Below the pieces are notes generated by a model, which saw only the letters and a program-made list of their open reading frames with translations, did no database searches and was not told the origin of the DNA. From NCBI GenBank assembly GCA_012295275.1, contig CM022677.1, positions 11,656,001-11,720,000 of the forward strand: a stretch of 64,000 nt of DNA. Direction: 5' to 3'. The position numbers were made by a program, and so were the translations under genes. Source of the DNA: Chrysomallon squamiferum (taxonomy: Eukaryota > Animalia > Mollusca). Shown piece by piece: positions 1 through 13,859 of the stretch (within the stretch, counting starts at the first letter, position 1; every line of letters starts with the position of its first letter).

Positions 1-128
1 ACCTCAATTTGAAATATGTGTTATCTGTGTTGTTCGTATAAAATAACTTTTTATCAAAACACGAATGATTGAAACAAGACTAAAGTTCACTGCGTTGTCT
101 CGGCTTTATTCCCTAGAGATAAACAGAT

Positions 129-386
<258 letters not shown>

Positions 387-474
387 AGATTTGTGTGTGT
401 GTTTGTGTATCTACATTCTTTGGTATACCAATTGTTAGCATTAAGCACTGGTCTTCGCTGAGATAAAATAACAG

Positions 475-517
<43 letters not shown>

Positions 518-1594
518 TTTTTAATTATTATTATTAATTATATTATTATTACTATTGTTACTGCTATTATTACTTTTATTATTATTATTTTTTTTTTTTT
601 TTTTTTTTTAATCACCGAAGTATGATCACTATAATATTAAGTTGACGATAAAAAAAAACTTCACCTGTCAGTATTTGTTTCTGCAATATCTAATAATACT
701 CATTCTAGTCAACTTTAAAAATCGTAAATTACTTTTGTCGTGACATTCTTTTTTACATTAACATAATTAACAATTTGCCGACAGAGGCCGCTCTTAAAAT
801 GATGAACAATAAACTACATCTTTTATCTTATTTTAAATCCAGTAGAAAGGCAGTATATAATAATAAAGTTATTTGACTGAAATTGAAACTTAATAATAAT
901 AAATAAATAAATATGACAAATCATGATGTGACATTCCCACTTTAAAAACAAACATGTAGATTATACAGGTTATATTTTCAGGAACAGACCGCCATTTAGC
1001 TATTTTACCGTAAAACAATGTCGCTATTTATAGCAAGAAAAAAAGAATTGTTTATAAATCTTAATAAGTCTTAAATCAAACCGTAAACCTACATTAGACT
1101 TTTTATTGTTAATGAATTAAACTGAGAGATAATTATTTTGAAAGGAGATGATGTCTTAGATTCTAACAATTTATCTCTCTCCCAGATGAATGGTTTTCAG
1201 GGTGTATATAAATATATTATCATTCAATCCAATAAAAGTATATTAATAAAAATAAATAAAGAATACCAAGACATTTGGTTAGAAAATAATTAAAAATTAC
1301 TAAACAACTTCACATATAATGTAATCTGTAAAGTAATCATTAAGAAAATATCTTCCAAACAACAGATCTTCTTCCATTTTATGTTTTATTAACAAACATT
1401 TTCACAAATCTTCACCAGTACTTTAATAAAACAAAATTCATAAAATTATATTAAAAGTATAATCTAAATATGATCAGATTTTTCTAATTTTACAGAATAA
1501 ATTGCTTCAAATTTGAAAATATAATTATGTTTTTAAAATATTCAAAAATTTATTTTTATATTATTGTATTTTGTAATGAGAAATTCTGCTTATT

Positions 1595-1730
1595 AACAAA
1601 TGTTCTCTGATCATTTTCAAATTTGTTCCCAGGCGGACAGGAACAACTGAATCCAGTGATTCTGGCAGTACAAGTATCAGCATACTTAGTAATACTGGCA
1701 TCAACTGATGCATACTCATCGATTCCATGT
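1595..1730 (-). pseudogene. Degenerate calcium-binding EGF-like domain exon remnant
   Basis: Translation GIDEYASVDASITKYADTCTARITGFSCSCPPGNKFENDQRTF resembles cbEGF consensus (DIDEC...C...GSFxCxCPxGYxLxxDxRTC) with several Cys lost. Confidence 0.5.
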
Positions 1731-1939
1731 AAATAAAAGTCCATGACAGACAGCATGGTCTTTTATGGTTGTGTACTTAAGGCTTTGCACACATCCATGC
1801 GAGAAGTATTAATAACTTTTCAAACTTTTAAACACTCATATGAAATCATGTCAAATGTTTGGTTTGTAATTTTTAACCTGGTGTTATCAAAACACTCGGG
1901 TACGAGTCACAGAGACTTTGTTCAAGTTGTTGCACTGGT

Positions 1940-2085
1940 TTTTAGGGATGTTACAGATATTGCTGAGTTAAATAATACTGAAGGGTTTGTTGTTAAAATG
2001 GATCAAGAAAAAGCTTTTGATAGAGTGTCACATAGTTTTATAATAAATGTTCTGAAAAAAATTCAATATCGGTGATAAATTGGTA
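1940..2085 (+). mobile_element. Non-LTR retrotransposon (L1/Tx1-like) reverse transcriptase fragment
   Basis: FRDVTDIAELNNTEGFVVKMDQEKAFDRVSHSFIINVLKK contains the RT motif [L/M]DQEKAFDRVxH typical of L1/Tx1 ORF2. Confidence 0.85.
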
Positions 2086-2814
2086 ATGACAACTTGTGTA
2101 AATGATCTTAAAATTGTTTCTACTTAGCGGGGCAAGCTGAAATGAACCAGTGAGGATCTGTCGATGTCCCGGTTCTCATTAATTGTGTTTTACTTGGTTA
2201 GCCTGCCATTTTCTGTCACTTCACTTAATATATAATAAAAACAATTCCATTTTACACAATTAATTCCATATCAGTAATTTTATTATTTTTATTTAGAAAC
2301 TCTTTTACTTACAGACACTGCCTGTGTGATTATCAGCTTGAAAGAGACTGACATTTTATCTCATGTTGAATGTTGTCAGTGATACTAATAGAAACCATAG
2401 AAGCCGATTCCAGTCAGAATATTTTTGTCAGCAGTTCCTACAGTTCCTAGATGTTTTGAGAAGAAAACATGCAACATCAATAGTGGAAAAAAAAGGTAAG
2501 TTCTTTTTGAGTGATATTATTTATTCTTGTTACATTTTACAGGAAATAAGAAACTATAAGATGAACTGAAATTTATTTTAACTGAATAAATAAGACACAT
2601 AAAAACATTCATAATGAAGCTGTAGGCTGTTTATTTATTTATTTATTTATTTCATGTGATCCTTTGCATTTTTTGCCAGGGATCAGAAATGGTCAGAGTT
2701 TTTGTAGTGATTTCCACCAGAACAGCTAAATGGGTTATATCACTGTGTACATTTCATTGTTGTGTGTCACATTTCTGACACTGTCCACACTTAGGTAACT
2801 TATTTAAAAACCAG

Positions 2815-2945
2815 ATTATTCTTGCTCTTTGGCTTGGAGGTCACATTGAGATGTTTTGTCTTTGTCACACAGTGTTGCAGTGTGGACTTTGAAATACTCA
2901 GAGTCTTTGCTGTATCTCGCATTGACTCATAACATCTTCAGACAT
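2815..2945 (-). mobile_element. Possible degenerate Tc1/pogo-type transposase N-terminal HTH
   Basis: Own translation SMRDTAKTLSISKSTLQHCVTKTKHLNVTSKPKS resembles 'SxRxxAKxLxISKSTxxxxxK' helix-turn-helix; no DDE domain seen. Confidence 0.35.
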
Positions 2946-4284
2946 TTGTCCAATGTGTCTCTGTAAACGAAAACAGATGGTTGTTCAACAGCTCCTTTGC
3001 TTTGAACTCTGATATGATTTTAAATAATGGTATTGTACATTTAATGCTGTTTATACTTGTATACTGATTGATTAGTTTCTGCCATATTTATAGATCAGAA
3101 AGTTCATGAACTGAATCTTTATTTCCAGTTTTGTATTTCAATTTATTGCTGTATGTATGTGTATATATGTATATATATATATATATTAGTAAATGCATTT
3201 TGCATGTGCTTATGTGTATGTGATGATTAATACTCTGACTTCAAACTAAAACTGAAGAGTAAATTCTAGATATATTAATTACTTCATAATTTCAGTTAAC
3301 ATCACAAAATTGCAAATGAAAAAACAACTCTGGAAATCTTTGTAATTGTATAAATACTTTAATCCTAGGATTAAATTAGTTTCCTGTTTGAGAAGCTAGG
3401 ACAGATTAAACACTGTTTTAAAATTATTTCCATGTCATTACTGATTTTTTTTTTTTGTTATTCCTAATATTTTAATTCTGTTTTACAGCTGCAATAATAA
3501 CAAAAAGTCAGGCAGCTGAAATTCTTGATTCTCTGGACTATCTGTGAAATCCTCTCAAAGAGGTCATTAAAAATGGAAATGTGGGTGGTTTAGAAAAATG
3601 TTGTCTTGGTATTTCTAATTCTGCAGTACAGGTATATAATTATGTAAAATATGTAAATTAATAAAATAAAATAATAATATCGCCTTTTGCTTAAAATCTG
3701 TTTTTAATATTCTGAATTGAATTTATCAGTGATAATACATGTTTTTAAATAGATTAATGTTTTTAGAGAGAGAGAGATTTATATTGATATAAAAGGGTAT
3801 AACTTGTTTTAGACTTAGTTACATTGTGGCTGTAAAGCAGTAGAATGCAAATAATAAAAGAATTGACTGTAAAAGACAGGAATTTAAAGAGAAATAGAAA
3901 GAGATGTTACGTTAATCAGAAAGAACAGATACATAGGGTGTCTGTGATGTGTCTCTGTGTGTGTGTGTGTGTGTTTGAATATTAATATATATGTATCATA
4001 TTATTGCTCGTGTTTGTATGAATATACATGACTATTCTAAACCATGGCAGTAAATGTGTGTTTGTGATGTTTGTCTGCAAGAGTGCATGTATGTGAATGT
4101 ATTACAGAACATATTCAACTATTTGTGTATTTTGTGTCTATATCAGGGTAGTTATTATCAACCTGCTAAACATTTGTTTATATAAATAAGCAGTCTGGAT
4201 GAGTGGTGGAGAGACTGTTTCAATCAAAAATACCAGCACATTTGTGACTGCAGAGTTCAGATTGACACAGGTATCTGTATTTTC

Positions 4285-4419
<135 letters not shown>

Positions 4420-4999
4420 TTTGTGTGATGTTTGTGAAGACAAATCAGTATTTTACTCCCTGTTTCCCTCTCACTATTTGTACTTTTTTTAAAACAACCT
4501 CTAAATAGCAGTAATTACTCTTTAAAATAAAATGACCATAAACACCATTACATGTTGAGTGAAAGTCATGACTACTGAGAACTTACATAGAAACAGTGAA
4601 ATATGTGAATCAAGATAAGCCTATAATTTGAAAAAGATGATGTTTAAATGATTGTAAATGAGAACAATCCATGAAAATGTTACTCTCAGTTAATATACAC
4701 TGAGAGTGTTCACACTAAAGTGAATGATAATTTTTCAAAAATAAAATATTGTCAACAAAATTGACCAATAGTGGGAGGACAAAGACAACTTCATCCTGCC
4801 TTGACCATCTGTATTTGCCTGTCTCCCACCTACACTGTCACGTTCATCTAGCTAAGTGTGTTAGATATGATATGTATGTATGTATGTGCGTGAATATGTG
4901 TTTTCTTATTACTGAGAGAAAATGGGTATATATGTATAATGTGTGTGCAAGAATGTGTATGTATTTTTGAGAGAGAGATGAAAAGATAGACTGGAAGTT

Positions 5000-6241
5000 T
5001 GACAGCCACAGAGCCAGACATACAGAGAGATGTGTATAATGAGAAGGGTATATAATTAGTGAGATAGACAGACAGACACACATACAGAGAGACATACAGA
5101 GAGATGTGTATAATGAGAAGGGTATATAATTAGTGAGATAGACAGACAGACACAGAGCCAGACATACAGAGAGATGTGTATAATGAGAAGGGTATATAAT
5201 TAGTGAGATAGACAGACAGACACAGAGCCAGACATACAGAGAGATGTGTATAATGAGAAGGGTATATAATTAGTGAGATAGACACAGAGCCAGACATACA
5301 AAGAGATGTGTATAATGAGAAGGTTATATAATTAGTGAGATAGACAGACAGACACAGAGCCAGACATACAGAGAGATGTGTGTAATGAGAAGGTTATATA
5401 ATTAGTGAGATAGACAGACAGACACAGAGCCAGACATACAGAGAGATGTGAGTAATGAGAAGGTTATATAATTAGTGAGATAGACAGACAGACACAGAGC
5501 CAGACATACAGAGAGATGTGTGTAATGAGAAGGTTATATAATTAGTGAGATAGACAGACAGACACAGAGCCATACATACAGAGAGATGTGTATAATGAGA
5601 AGGGTATATAATTAGTGAGATAGACAGACAGACACAGAGCCAGACATACAGAGAGATGTGTGTAATGAGAAGGTTATATAATTAGTGAGATAGACAGACA
5701 GACACAGAGCCAGACATACAGAGAGATGTGTATAATGAGAAGGGTATATAATTAGTGAGATAGACAGACAGACACAGAGCCAGACATACAGAGAGATGTG
5801 TGTAATGAGAAGGTTATATAATTAGTGAGATAGACAGACAGACACAGAGCCATACATACAGAGAGATGTGTATAATGAGAAGGGTATATAATTAGTGAGA
5901 TAGACAGACAGACACAGAGCCAGACATACAGAGAGATGTGTGTAATGAGAAGGTTATATAATTAGTGAGATAGACAGACAGACACAGAGCCAGACATACA
6001 GAGAGATGTGTATAATGAGAAGGGTATATAATTAGTGAGATAGACACAGAGCCAGACATACAGAGAGATGTGTATAATGAGAAGGGTATATAATTAGTGA
6101 GATAGTCAGACAGACACAGAGCCAGACATACAGAGAGATGTGTGTAATGAGAAGGTTATATAATTAGTGAGATAGACAGACAGACACAGAGCCAGACATA
6201 CAGAGAGATGTGTATAATGAGAAGGGTATATAATTAGTGAG
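5000..6241. repeat. 60-bp minisatellite, ~20 copies
   Basis: Unit gacacagagccagacatacagagagatgtgtataatgagaagggtatataattagtgagatagacagaca-like; successive 60-nt lines are near identical. Confidence 0.97.
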
Positions 6242-6979
6242 AGCAAGGAGCAGCGTTAACCTAAGTATCCACATTGTGGACTTGGGTTTTGAAGTTCATT
6301 TGATACTGGTACATACTGGTACATACTAGTCCATACTGGTTCACACTGGTTCATATTGGTTCACACAACAGCTGGACAAAGTCAGTTCTCAGGAAGGCAG
6401 AGAAGATGTTCAGAACATTTCTGTAGGAAACAAATCATTCTTTACGTTTTTTCTTACGAAAACAATGCAGAATATTAAAAACATTTTTAATTGTGACCAT
6501 ATTTTATTACATTAATTACCAAGATTAATTATTTACATATTTTATATGTAGTCTATTTAAAAACATGTATTATCACTGATAAATTCAATGCAGAATATTA
6601 AAAACAGATTTTAAGCAAAAGGCGATATTATTATTTTATTTTATTAATTTACATATTTTACATACTTATAAATTATTGAAAACATGCAGAATAAGTATTA
6701 CAAATTTTTGGGTAAAAGTGATAATATTTTATTAATTATGAAGTAACAAAAAAAAAAAAAATTCGGTATCAACACAAAGACTTATGGTCCCAGTGTAAAC
6801 ATCTGGGATCAACATTGTTTGTCTTAATGTTGTTATATTCACCTTCACCAGTGTGTCCAGTTCACCACTGATTTAACACTAACAGCAAACACACTGCAGC
6901 ACTGAGTCAATGAGAAGTTCTAAATGAATTGTGTTGTAACCACCACCCTGCACTCACAAATTACTATAACAAGGAAACC

Positions 6980-7900
6980 TTCTCTATCAACTCAATATTT
7001 ACACACAAATGAAATTTCACCAAAAGAGACTGGGAAGGATTCTTAAAAGCATTTAAAAATATTAAAATAAAAATCAACACTGACACATACTGCACTTCAT
7101 TTACCAACATGATAGACTCAGCTGTCACTGAACACAAACCTAAAACCAAAAACTGCACTAACAAAATATCCACTGAGTGGTGGACTGAGCTTATTGGAAA
7201 TAAATAAATACAGAAGACAAAGAAAAATTAAAAACAAAAAAACAACCTAAAAATAAAATGAACTTCGACTGCCACATACAGAAGATAATCACATCTTGTA
7301 AAAACTTTTTACCAAAAATCAACTGCCTGACAGTCTTATGTTCAAATAAAACATACAACTATTAAAATACAGACAAAAACTACAGATACTAAAATATTGT
7401 GTTAAAATCCACTCTCAGTAATAAACATCTCATGAAGGATCTAGGCCCTGAACAACCCTTTAAAACTCACCTTTCACTACAATCTAGTTTTAAAACTCAA
7501 CTTTCACTACAATCTAGTTTAAAACTTTCACAATCTAGACAATCTAGTTTTGAAATCTAGTTTTAAAAAAACACACCTTTCACTACAATCTAGTTTTAAA
7601 ACTCACCTTTCACTACAATCTAGTTTTAAAACTCACCTTTCACTACAATCTAGTTTTAAAACACACCTTTCACTACAATCTAGTTTTAAAACTCACCTTT
7701 CACTACAATCTAGTTTTAAAACTCACGATAAATGTTGCGATTAGCAAATAGTAAAGAAATAAAATCAATATTAGTTACACCTTTCAACATCAAAACTCAA
7801 AATCATTTTACTAAGAACTACATAAAAACCTTACCAGACTCAGAATCAGCTACTCCACCAATCTAAACACAATCAAATTCAAACACAAAATAAACACAAC
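6980..7900 (+). mobile_element. Degenerate LINE ORF2 fragment (I/Jockey/Nimb-like, endonuclease-RT linker)
   Basis: Encodes ...TKRDWEGFLKAFKNI...MIDSAVTEHKPKTK...STEWWTE (copy 2: TKADWEGF), matching the 'KADW..F ... PWW' linker of I/Jockey-group ORF2; A-rich sense strand. Confidence 0.6.
7458..7727. repeat. 30-bp minisatellite inside LINE remnant
   Basis: Unit tctagttttaaaactcacctttcactacaa, ~9 copies; produces spurious KTHLSLQSSF ORF. Confidence 0.95.
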
Positions 7901-8941
7901 ACCAAACTGTACCTGTGGAATTTCTGAAACCATGAAACATTACTTATTTCTCTGTCCACATTTTTCCAGTGACAACCAAATGCTATATGACATATTTAAT
8001 GAATTAAACATTGAATTTACATTTTAAAAAATCTTGATAGCAACAGTGAAAAACTGAGAGTAAAACTTTAATTGAAACAAATAAATAGGCACAAATGTTT
8101 GACTAAATAAAATCAAAACATTTACATAAAATAACACAATCACATAGGTTGAACAAATAAATAAATAGCAATAACCAAGAAAACAAAAAACAAATACACC
8201 AACACAAAATAATTATTTAATTAATAGATTAACTGACTCACCAGCTGATAGATTGGCTGACACAGAACTTCAGAAGATATTTTAAAAGTTCCACATTTTC
8301 TTGACACTAGGAAGTAAACTGGTTCAGGCTGGAGTGGGCTGTTTGGAATGTGAACTTTCTGTACTGACAAGTGAAACTGAAGAAGACGATTAGCTTTTTC
8401 TTAAAAATAAAAATGAAAACAAAATTTAACCCCCCACACCCACACACCCCATACATGCACATTCAAATGTCCTCTATAAAAATGAAGGAGAAATTACAAA
8501 TTAGCTGCTGCTTAAAAAGGAAAAATACTAATGAAAAAACCCATACAAATTCTGCTTTGTTCATTGGAATGCTTTGAAGAACTCCCAGAAGAATCATAAT
8601 CTGTTTCAGCAGCAAAACAAAAACAAATCTGAATTCTTATAATACTTATACTGTGGTAAATTATTTGAAATAACTGTCCTAATTCAGATGATACATTTTT
8701 TTTTTTTTATTATTCTTTTTTTTTACAAAAAATCATTTTAATGAGTCTTGTTTATCCAGATAAAATATATTACAATTGATTAAAACTTAACATTTTTTGA
8801 TTTCCAAATTTAATTCTATAACTCTCTCTAATGTAAATAAATAATATTACTTTAGAAGAAAAATGGCATACTGTCTTTCAAGCTGATGATTATGCACTGA
8901 CCTAAGCACAAGGCTCGAAATTTGAAAAAAAACATTACAGT

Positions 8942-9414
8942 TTTGTCGCCTAAAAAGTATTTTTTGGATCATCTCTTTTTTTCTATAAGTTATAACATAA
9001 GAGCCACTATCAATAATTTTAAACTATTTATTTCAAATAAAAGGTTTATTCGTAGTTCGATAAATTCAAAGTATCGGCTTACCTTAACTTGTCAGCATCT
9101 AAAATGAAATACGAAAATTCTTTATTAACTATAATAGCCAAAACAAATTTAGTTATAGTTAAACAAATCAGCTGGTAAGACATTTTCAAACAAACCTTGA
9201 CAAAAATGGAATTATATAATAATAATAATAATTTATAGTATTATACGCTTGGATGTTTCAAAAGAAATAAAAAATTAAAGGAAAGCAACATGAAATGACA
9301 GTGAGTAAAGTTTAGCGTGTGACAAAAATAAGAAAATCAATGACTTTCCTCTATAAAATATGCAGGCATTCAACTATTCTTTTTAGTATTTTTTCTTTAT
9401 TTCTTTATTTCTTT

Positions 9415-9454
<40 letters not shown>

Positions 9455-9890
9455 TCCGGTTAAGTAATCCTACCGGAACTGAAAACGAAAAACAATAGCA
9501 AATACAAGGTTATCTTCCATGATAACTTGTTCCGTTAACCAACCGATAACTTTTTACATAACGCTTAAAAAGTTCGCTAAATGTTTTCGTTGGCTTCACT
9601 TTAGGCAATTAAAGGTGGAATGTGAAAGGATAAACAATACTAACAATTAGTTACAGAGCTATCTCCTATGATAACTTGATCCGTTAACCAACCGATAATC
9701 CTTTAACGTAGTGTTTATAAATAGATGTTGGCAAGTAAGGTAAGCCGATACTTCCAATTTATGGAACTATGGGCAACTGTTTTATGTGAGATAAATATTT
9801 GCGATCAAATTATTATAAAATTATTATCTTGTGTTATAACTTACAGAAAAAAAAACAGGTCACCCAAATAATATTTTTGGGGGCGTCTAA
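8942..9890. mobile_element. Putative MITE/foldback element with ~160-bp imperfect terminal inverted repeats
   Basis: 8942-9100 (gtcgcctaaaaagtatttttt...taagttataacataaga...agtatcggcttaccttaacttgtcagcatct) is the inverse of 9722-9890 (agatgttggcaagtaaggtaagccgatact...tcttgtgttataactta...tttttgggggcg); no ORF inside. Confidence 0.6.
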
Positions 9891-9937
9891 TCATTATTGT
9901 TCTATCATCTCAGTCGCCTAATAATTAGCGCACGTAA

Positions 9938-10392
9938 GCTTAGTGAGTACATCTCGATACATTTTTTAGTTAGATTAGTGAGTACATCTCGATACATTTT
10001 TTAGTTAGATTAGTGAGTACATCTCACGTAAGGGACATAACTAATCTATATTTGTGAACATATATCACTAAAGGGAGATAACTCTAATCGATATAATTTT
10101 ACTTTGCTTAGTGAGTACATCTCATGTAAGCGACATAACTCTATGTTTGTGAACACTTATCACTAACGGGAGATAACTCTAATCGATATAATATTTAGTT
10201 AGATTAGTGAGTACATCTCACGTAAGGGACATAACTCTAATCTGTTTGTGAACACATATCACTAAAAGGAGATAACTCTAATCGATATAATTTTTACTTT
10301 GCTTAGTGAGTACATCTCATGTAAGAGACATAACTCTAATCTATGTTTGTGAACACAAGGGAGATAGTCTAATCGATATAACTTTTACTTGG
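9938..10392. repeat. Tandem repeat of ~60-bp subunits (~120-bp higher-order unit)
   Basis: Repeated ttagtgagtacatctca(c/t)gtaag..acataactcta..tttgtgaacac.tatcactaaagggagataactctaatcgatata. Confidence 0.9.
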
Positions 10393-10404
10393 CAGAGTAA
10401 ACTC

Positions 10405-10510
10405 ATCCCACTTCCGTTCACAGGTCATGGTGACAGGAAATATGCCACGTGACAATATTATATATAAAAGAAAGTGATTTTTCCACAATATCTGCGATGG
10501 ACACGCCCAC
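10405..10510. promoter_or_regulatory. Candidate promoter motif cluster (ETS, E-box, Sp/KLF), copy 1
   Basis: cacttccgtt (~10409), ccacgtgac (~10445), cacgccc (~10502) within 100 bp in otherwise CpG-poor DNA. Confidence 0.35.
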
Positions 10511-11212
10511 AATTATTCGTTTTTATTTCTTAAATTATTTCTTTCTTATTCTGTTGCTACGATCTTCTACTATGTGAATATTTTTTATTATTATTATTAC
10601 AAATTATTTTTTGTTATCTTCCCGGAATAATTAAACAGCATATCCCATATACAATAAACAAATATAATGTTTGTTTTTTTCATAATTTCTTTAGAAATCA
10701 AGTCAACGAATTAAATGAAAAATAAAATCTAAATTCGAAAATATATCATTATTATTATTTTTAATTTCCTTTTTCAAAATTTGTTTTGTTCTTAATGATG
10801 TTGTAAATTATCATCGTTATGTTCATTCCTATTTTTAATGGAAACAGTTATTTCCCTTAGACTACCTAGTCATAAAATTGACTAATAATAATAATAATAA
10901 TAAATATAGAAGTAGTAGTGGTAGTAGTAGAAGTATTATCTATATTTGTGCATTCTTAAAATATATTTCATATATTTAAAATGGTCTTTAATAAAAACTT
11001 AATATTTCTTCATTAATGATATTCAGAGTAAAAATAAGATCAAGAATTTAAATTTGATACGAAATTCCGTTTTGATAAGTTAAAATTTGTATGTGATTTA
11101 TTATGATTAGAGAAAGAGAAATCTGGGTTTCACTACGACTGTAAGTATGTATGTTTTCATAAAAATATCATTTCCCTCTGAAAATGTAGTATTTTCATAC
11201 TGATACGTTATT

Positions 11213-11344
<132 letters not shown>

Positions 11345-11709
11345 CTAACCATTAATCAAATACTAACATTTAACAAATACTAACCATTTGAACAGATGGA
11401 TACGAAGGGTATTGCTACTTTTTCTAATTTCGAATACAGTGCCATTAATTTGAAAGTCCTTTCTATATACAGAAAGACAAACAGGCCAACAGAGTATAGA
11501 CAGAAGTGAGTACTTAAGAATAGGTTTATTACATATAACTATTTCCCAACTGTGGTTGTTGTGAGGAGGAACACAGGAAGCCATTCACAGTTATGTAGAG
11601 TTAGCATTACATGAAGCAGAACATCTTCCAGCTGTCAAACAGGCTTGTTACACTTCACTGTCAAATCTGAGCAAAGTTTGCCATCATTATCAAATTAACT
11701 ATATTAATC

Positions 11710-12090
11710 TGTGCATGTGAATGTTCCAGATTTGTATGTGTATTTTTGTATGTGTATGTGTATATATATGTCTGTGAGTGTCTATGTGTATGTTTATGTC
11801 TCTGTGTGTATGTGTATGTACATGTCTGTATGTTTGTGTGTATGTATATGTCTGTGTTGTTTTGTTTGTATATGTCTGTGCATCTGTGTATGTAAGAATG
11901 CGTCAATATTTGTGTGTGAGAGTATATGTCAGTGTATGTGTGTTTTTGTGTGTATATGTTAGTGTATGTGTGTATTTGTGTGTATGTATATGTCAGTGTG
12001 ATTGTGTGTATGTATATGTCAGTGTGAATATGTGTGTATGTATGTGTGTGTGTGTGTATGTGTGTGTATGTCTGTGTGTATGTGTGTGTA
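11710..12090. repeat. Degenerate (TG/TA)n microsatellite tract
   Basis: Long imperfect tgtgtatgtgta tract; mirrored at ~50235-50630. Confidence 0.9.
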
Positions 12091-12845
12091 GCTAGATATG
12101 CATCACAGTATGGATTCAGGGATAGATGTACTGAGATAAGGAAACAGAAAAGATTCAAATATGGATTGATCAACAGATGGTGAAAAAGAGGTTGACTGAT
12201 AGAGATATAGGGAGATAACAAGACAGATTAATAGACAGATAATTAGAAAAAGAAAGAGAGGTAGATAGGTCAATAGATGGGTTACAAGACTGTTGTATTG
12301 GTAAGCCAACAGAGACAGACAGTAATATAGTGAAACTATGTGAAATAGAGACAGATATATATGTATGGACAGGTATATAGATAAGTGAATTCACTGAAAC
12401 AGATTTGCTGGATGGAAGGATGGATGGATTGATAACACACAGCTGTGTAGACAGATAAATCAATAGAGACCATATTTTGTAATATGACCTTTTTGATGTG
12501 AATGCTAATCTGGTTTATTATTCCAAACTCAAAACTATGGACTGCTAATAGTTATTTAATATATCCTCAGCTATTGAGCTCACTGAGTTAAAATTAATCA
12601 AAGGAAGCTGGTTACACATAGCAAGTTTTAACCTCCATGTTAGACTAAATATATAATTATAGATGTATAAAAAATCATATGTATAATCAAAAATACTTCT
12701 AACCAGGTAATTTAAAAAAGTTGTATGGTCAAATTATGAACCAGTAGCATAAATCCTATCTTTGCATTAGTTTATTTCATGCATTAATTTCTTGTTTTAC
12801 AACAAATAAATATATAAGTTGATAAACAGATAGGTAGACAAATAG

Positions 12846-12882
<37 letters not shown>

Positions 12883-13162
12883 CATGGGTAAATAGGTTAT
12901 AGATATATATATATAGAGAGAGAGACACACAATCAAAATGTATATAGAGAGATATGTAATAGAAATACAGCTGACAGAGATAGAAAAATAGGCAGAGAGA
13001 TAAGTGATACAGGTAAAGAGACAAACAAATTATAGCGATATAGGCAGAGAGGGACATAGAGGTAAAGAGACAAAAGTGACAGAGCTATAAGTAGAGAAAG
13101 ACAAGTGGTAGAGATTACAGGTAGACTGAGACATGGGGCAGACAGAGGTGGAGAGGCAAAGA

Positions 13163-13305
<143 letters not shown>

Positions 13306-13859
13306 CAAAGAGAGAAGAGAGATAGAGAGAGAGACAGATATAAATAATGAGAGAGAAGAGACAGAGACAAAACAGAAAGAAAGAGAGAGAGACAGACAAG
13401 AGTAATGGGACAGACAGACAAATGATAGAGATATAATTAATGGGACAGAGAAAGTGATAGAGATATAAGAGAGACAGACAAGTGATAGAGAGGAGAGAAA
13501 GTGATAGAGATATATGCAGAAAGAGATAGAGAGAGTAGAAAAGACAAACATAGGACAGACAGAAGAGATAAGTGATAGAGATAGAGAATTGATAGGCATA
13601 CAGATCGAGAGACAGAGATAAAGGTGAGAGACAAAAAGATATAAGAGAGAGAAGAAGAAAAAGAGAGAGATAGAGATGAAGAAAGAGAGAAAGATGAGAG
13701 AGAAGATAGAGAGATAAAGAGAGATAAAATAGAGAGACAGATAGAGAGAAGGTAAAAGACAAACGAAAGAGGTAAATAGATAGAGATGAGAACGGTAAAA
13801 AACGTGAAGATAAAAGATAGGATAAAAAAGAAAGAAGAAAGACAATGATAGAAATAGAA

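Noticed and set aside
7550-7744. ORF with KTHLSLQSSF repeats resembling zinc-finger linkers
   Set aside because: 30-bp minisatellite; no Cys/His finger pattern.
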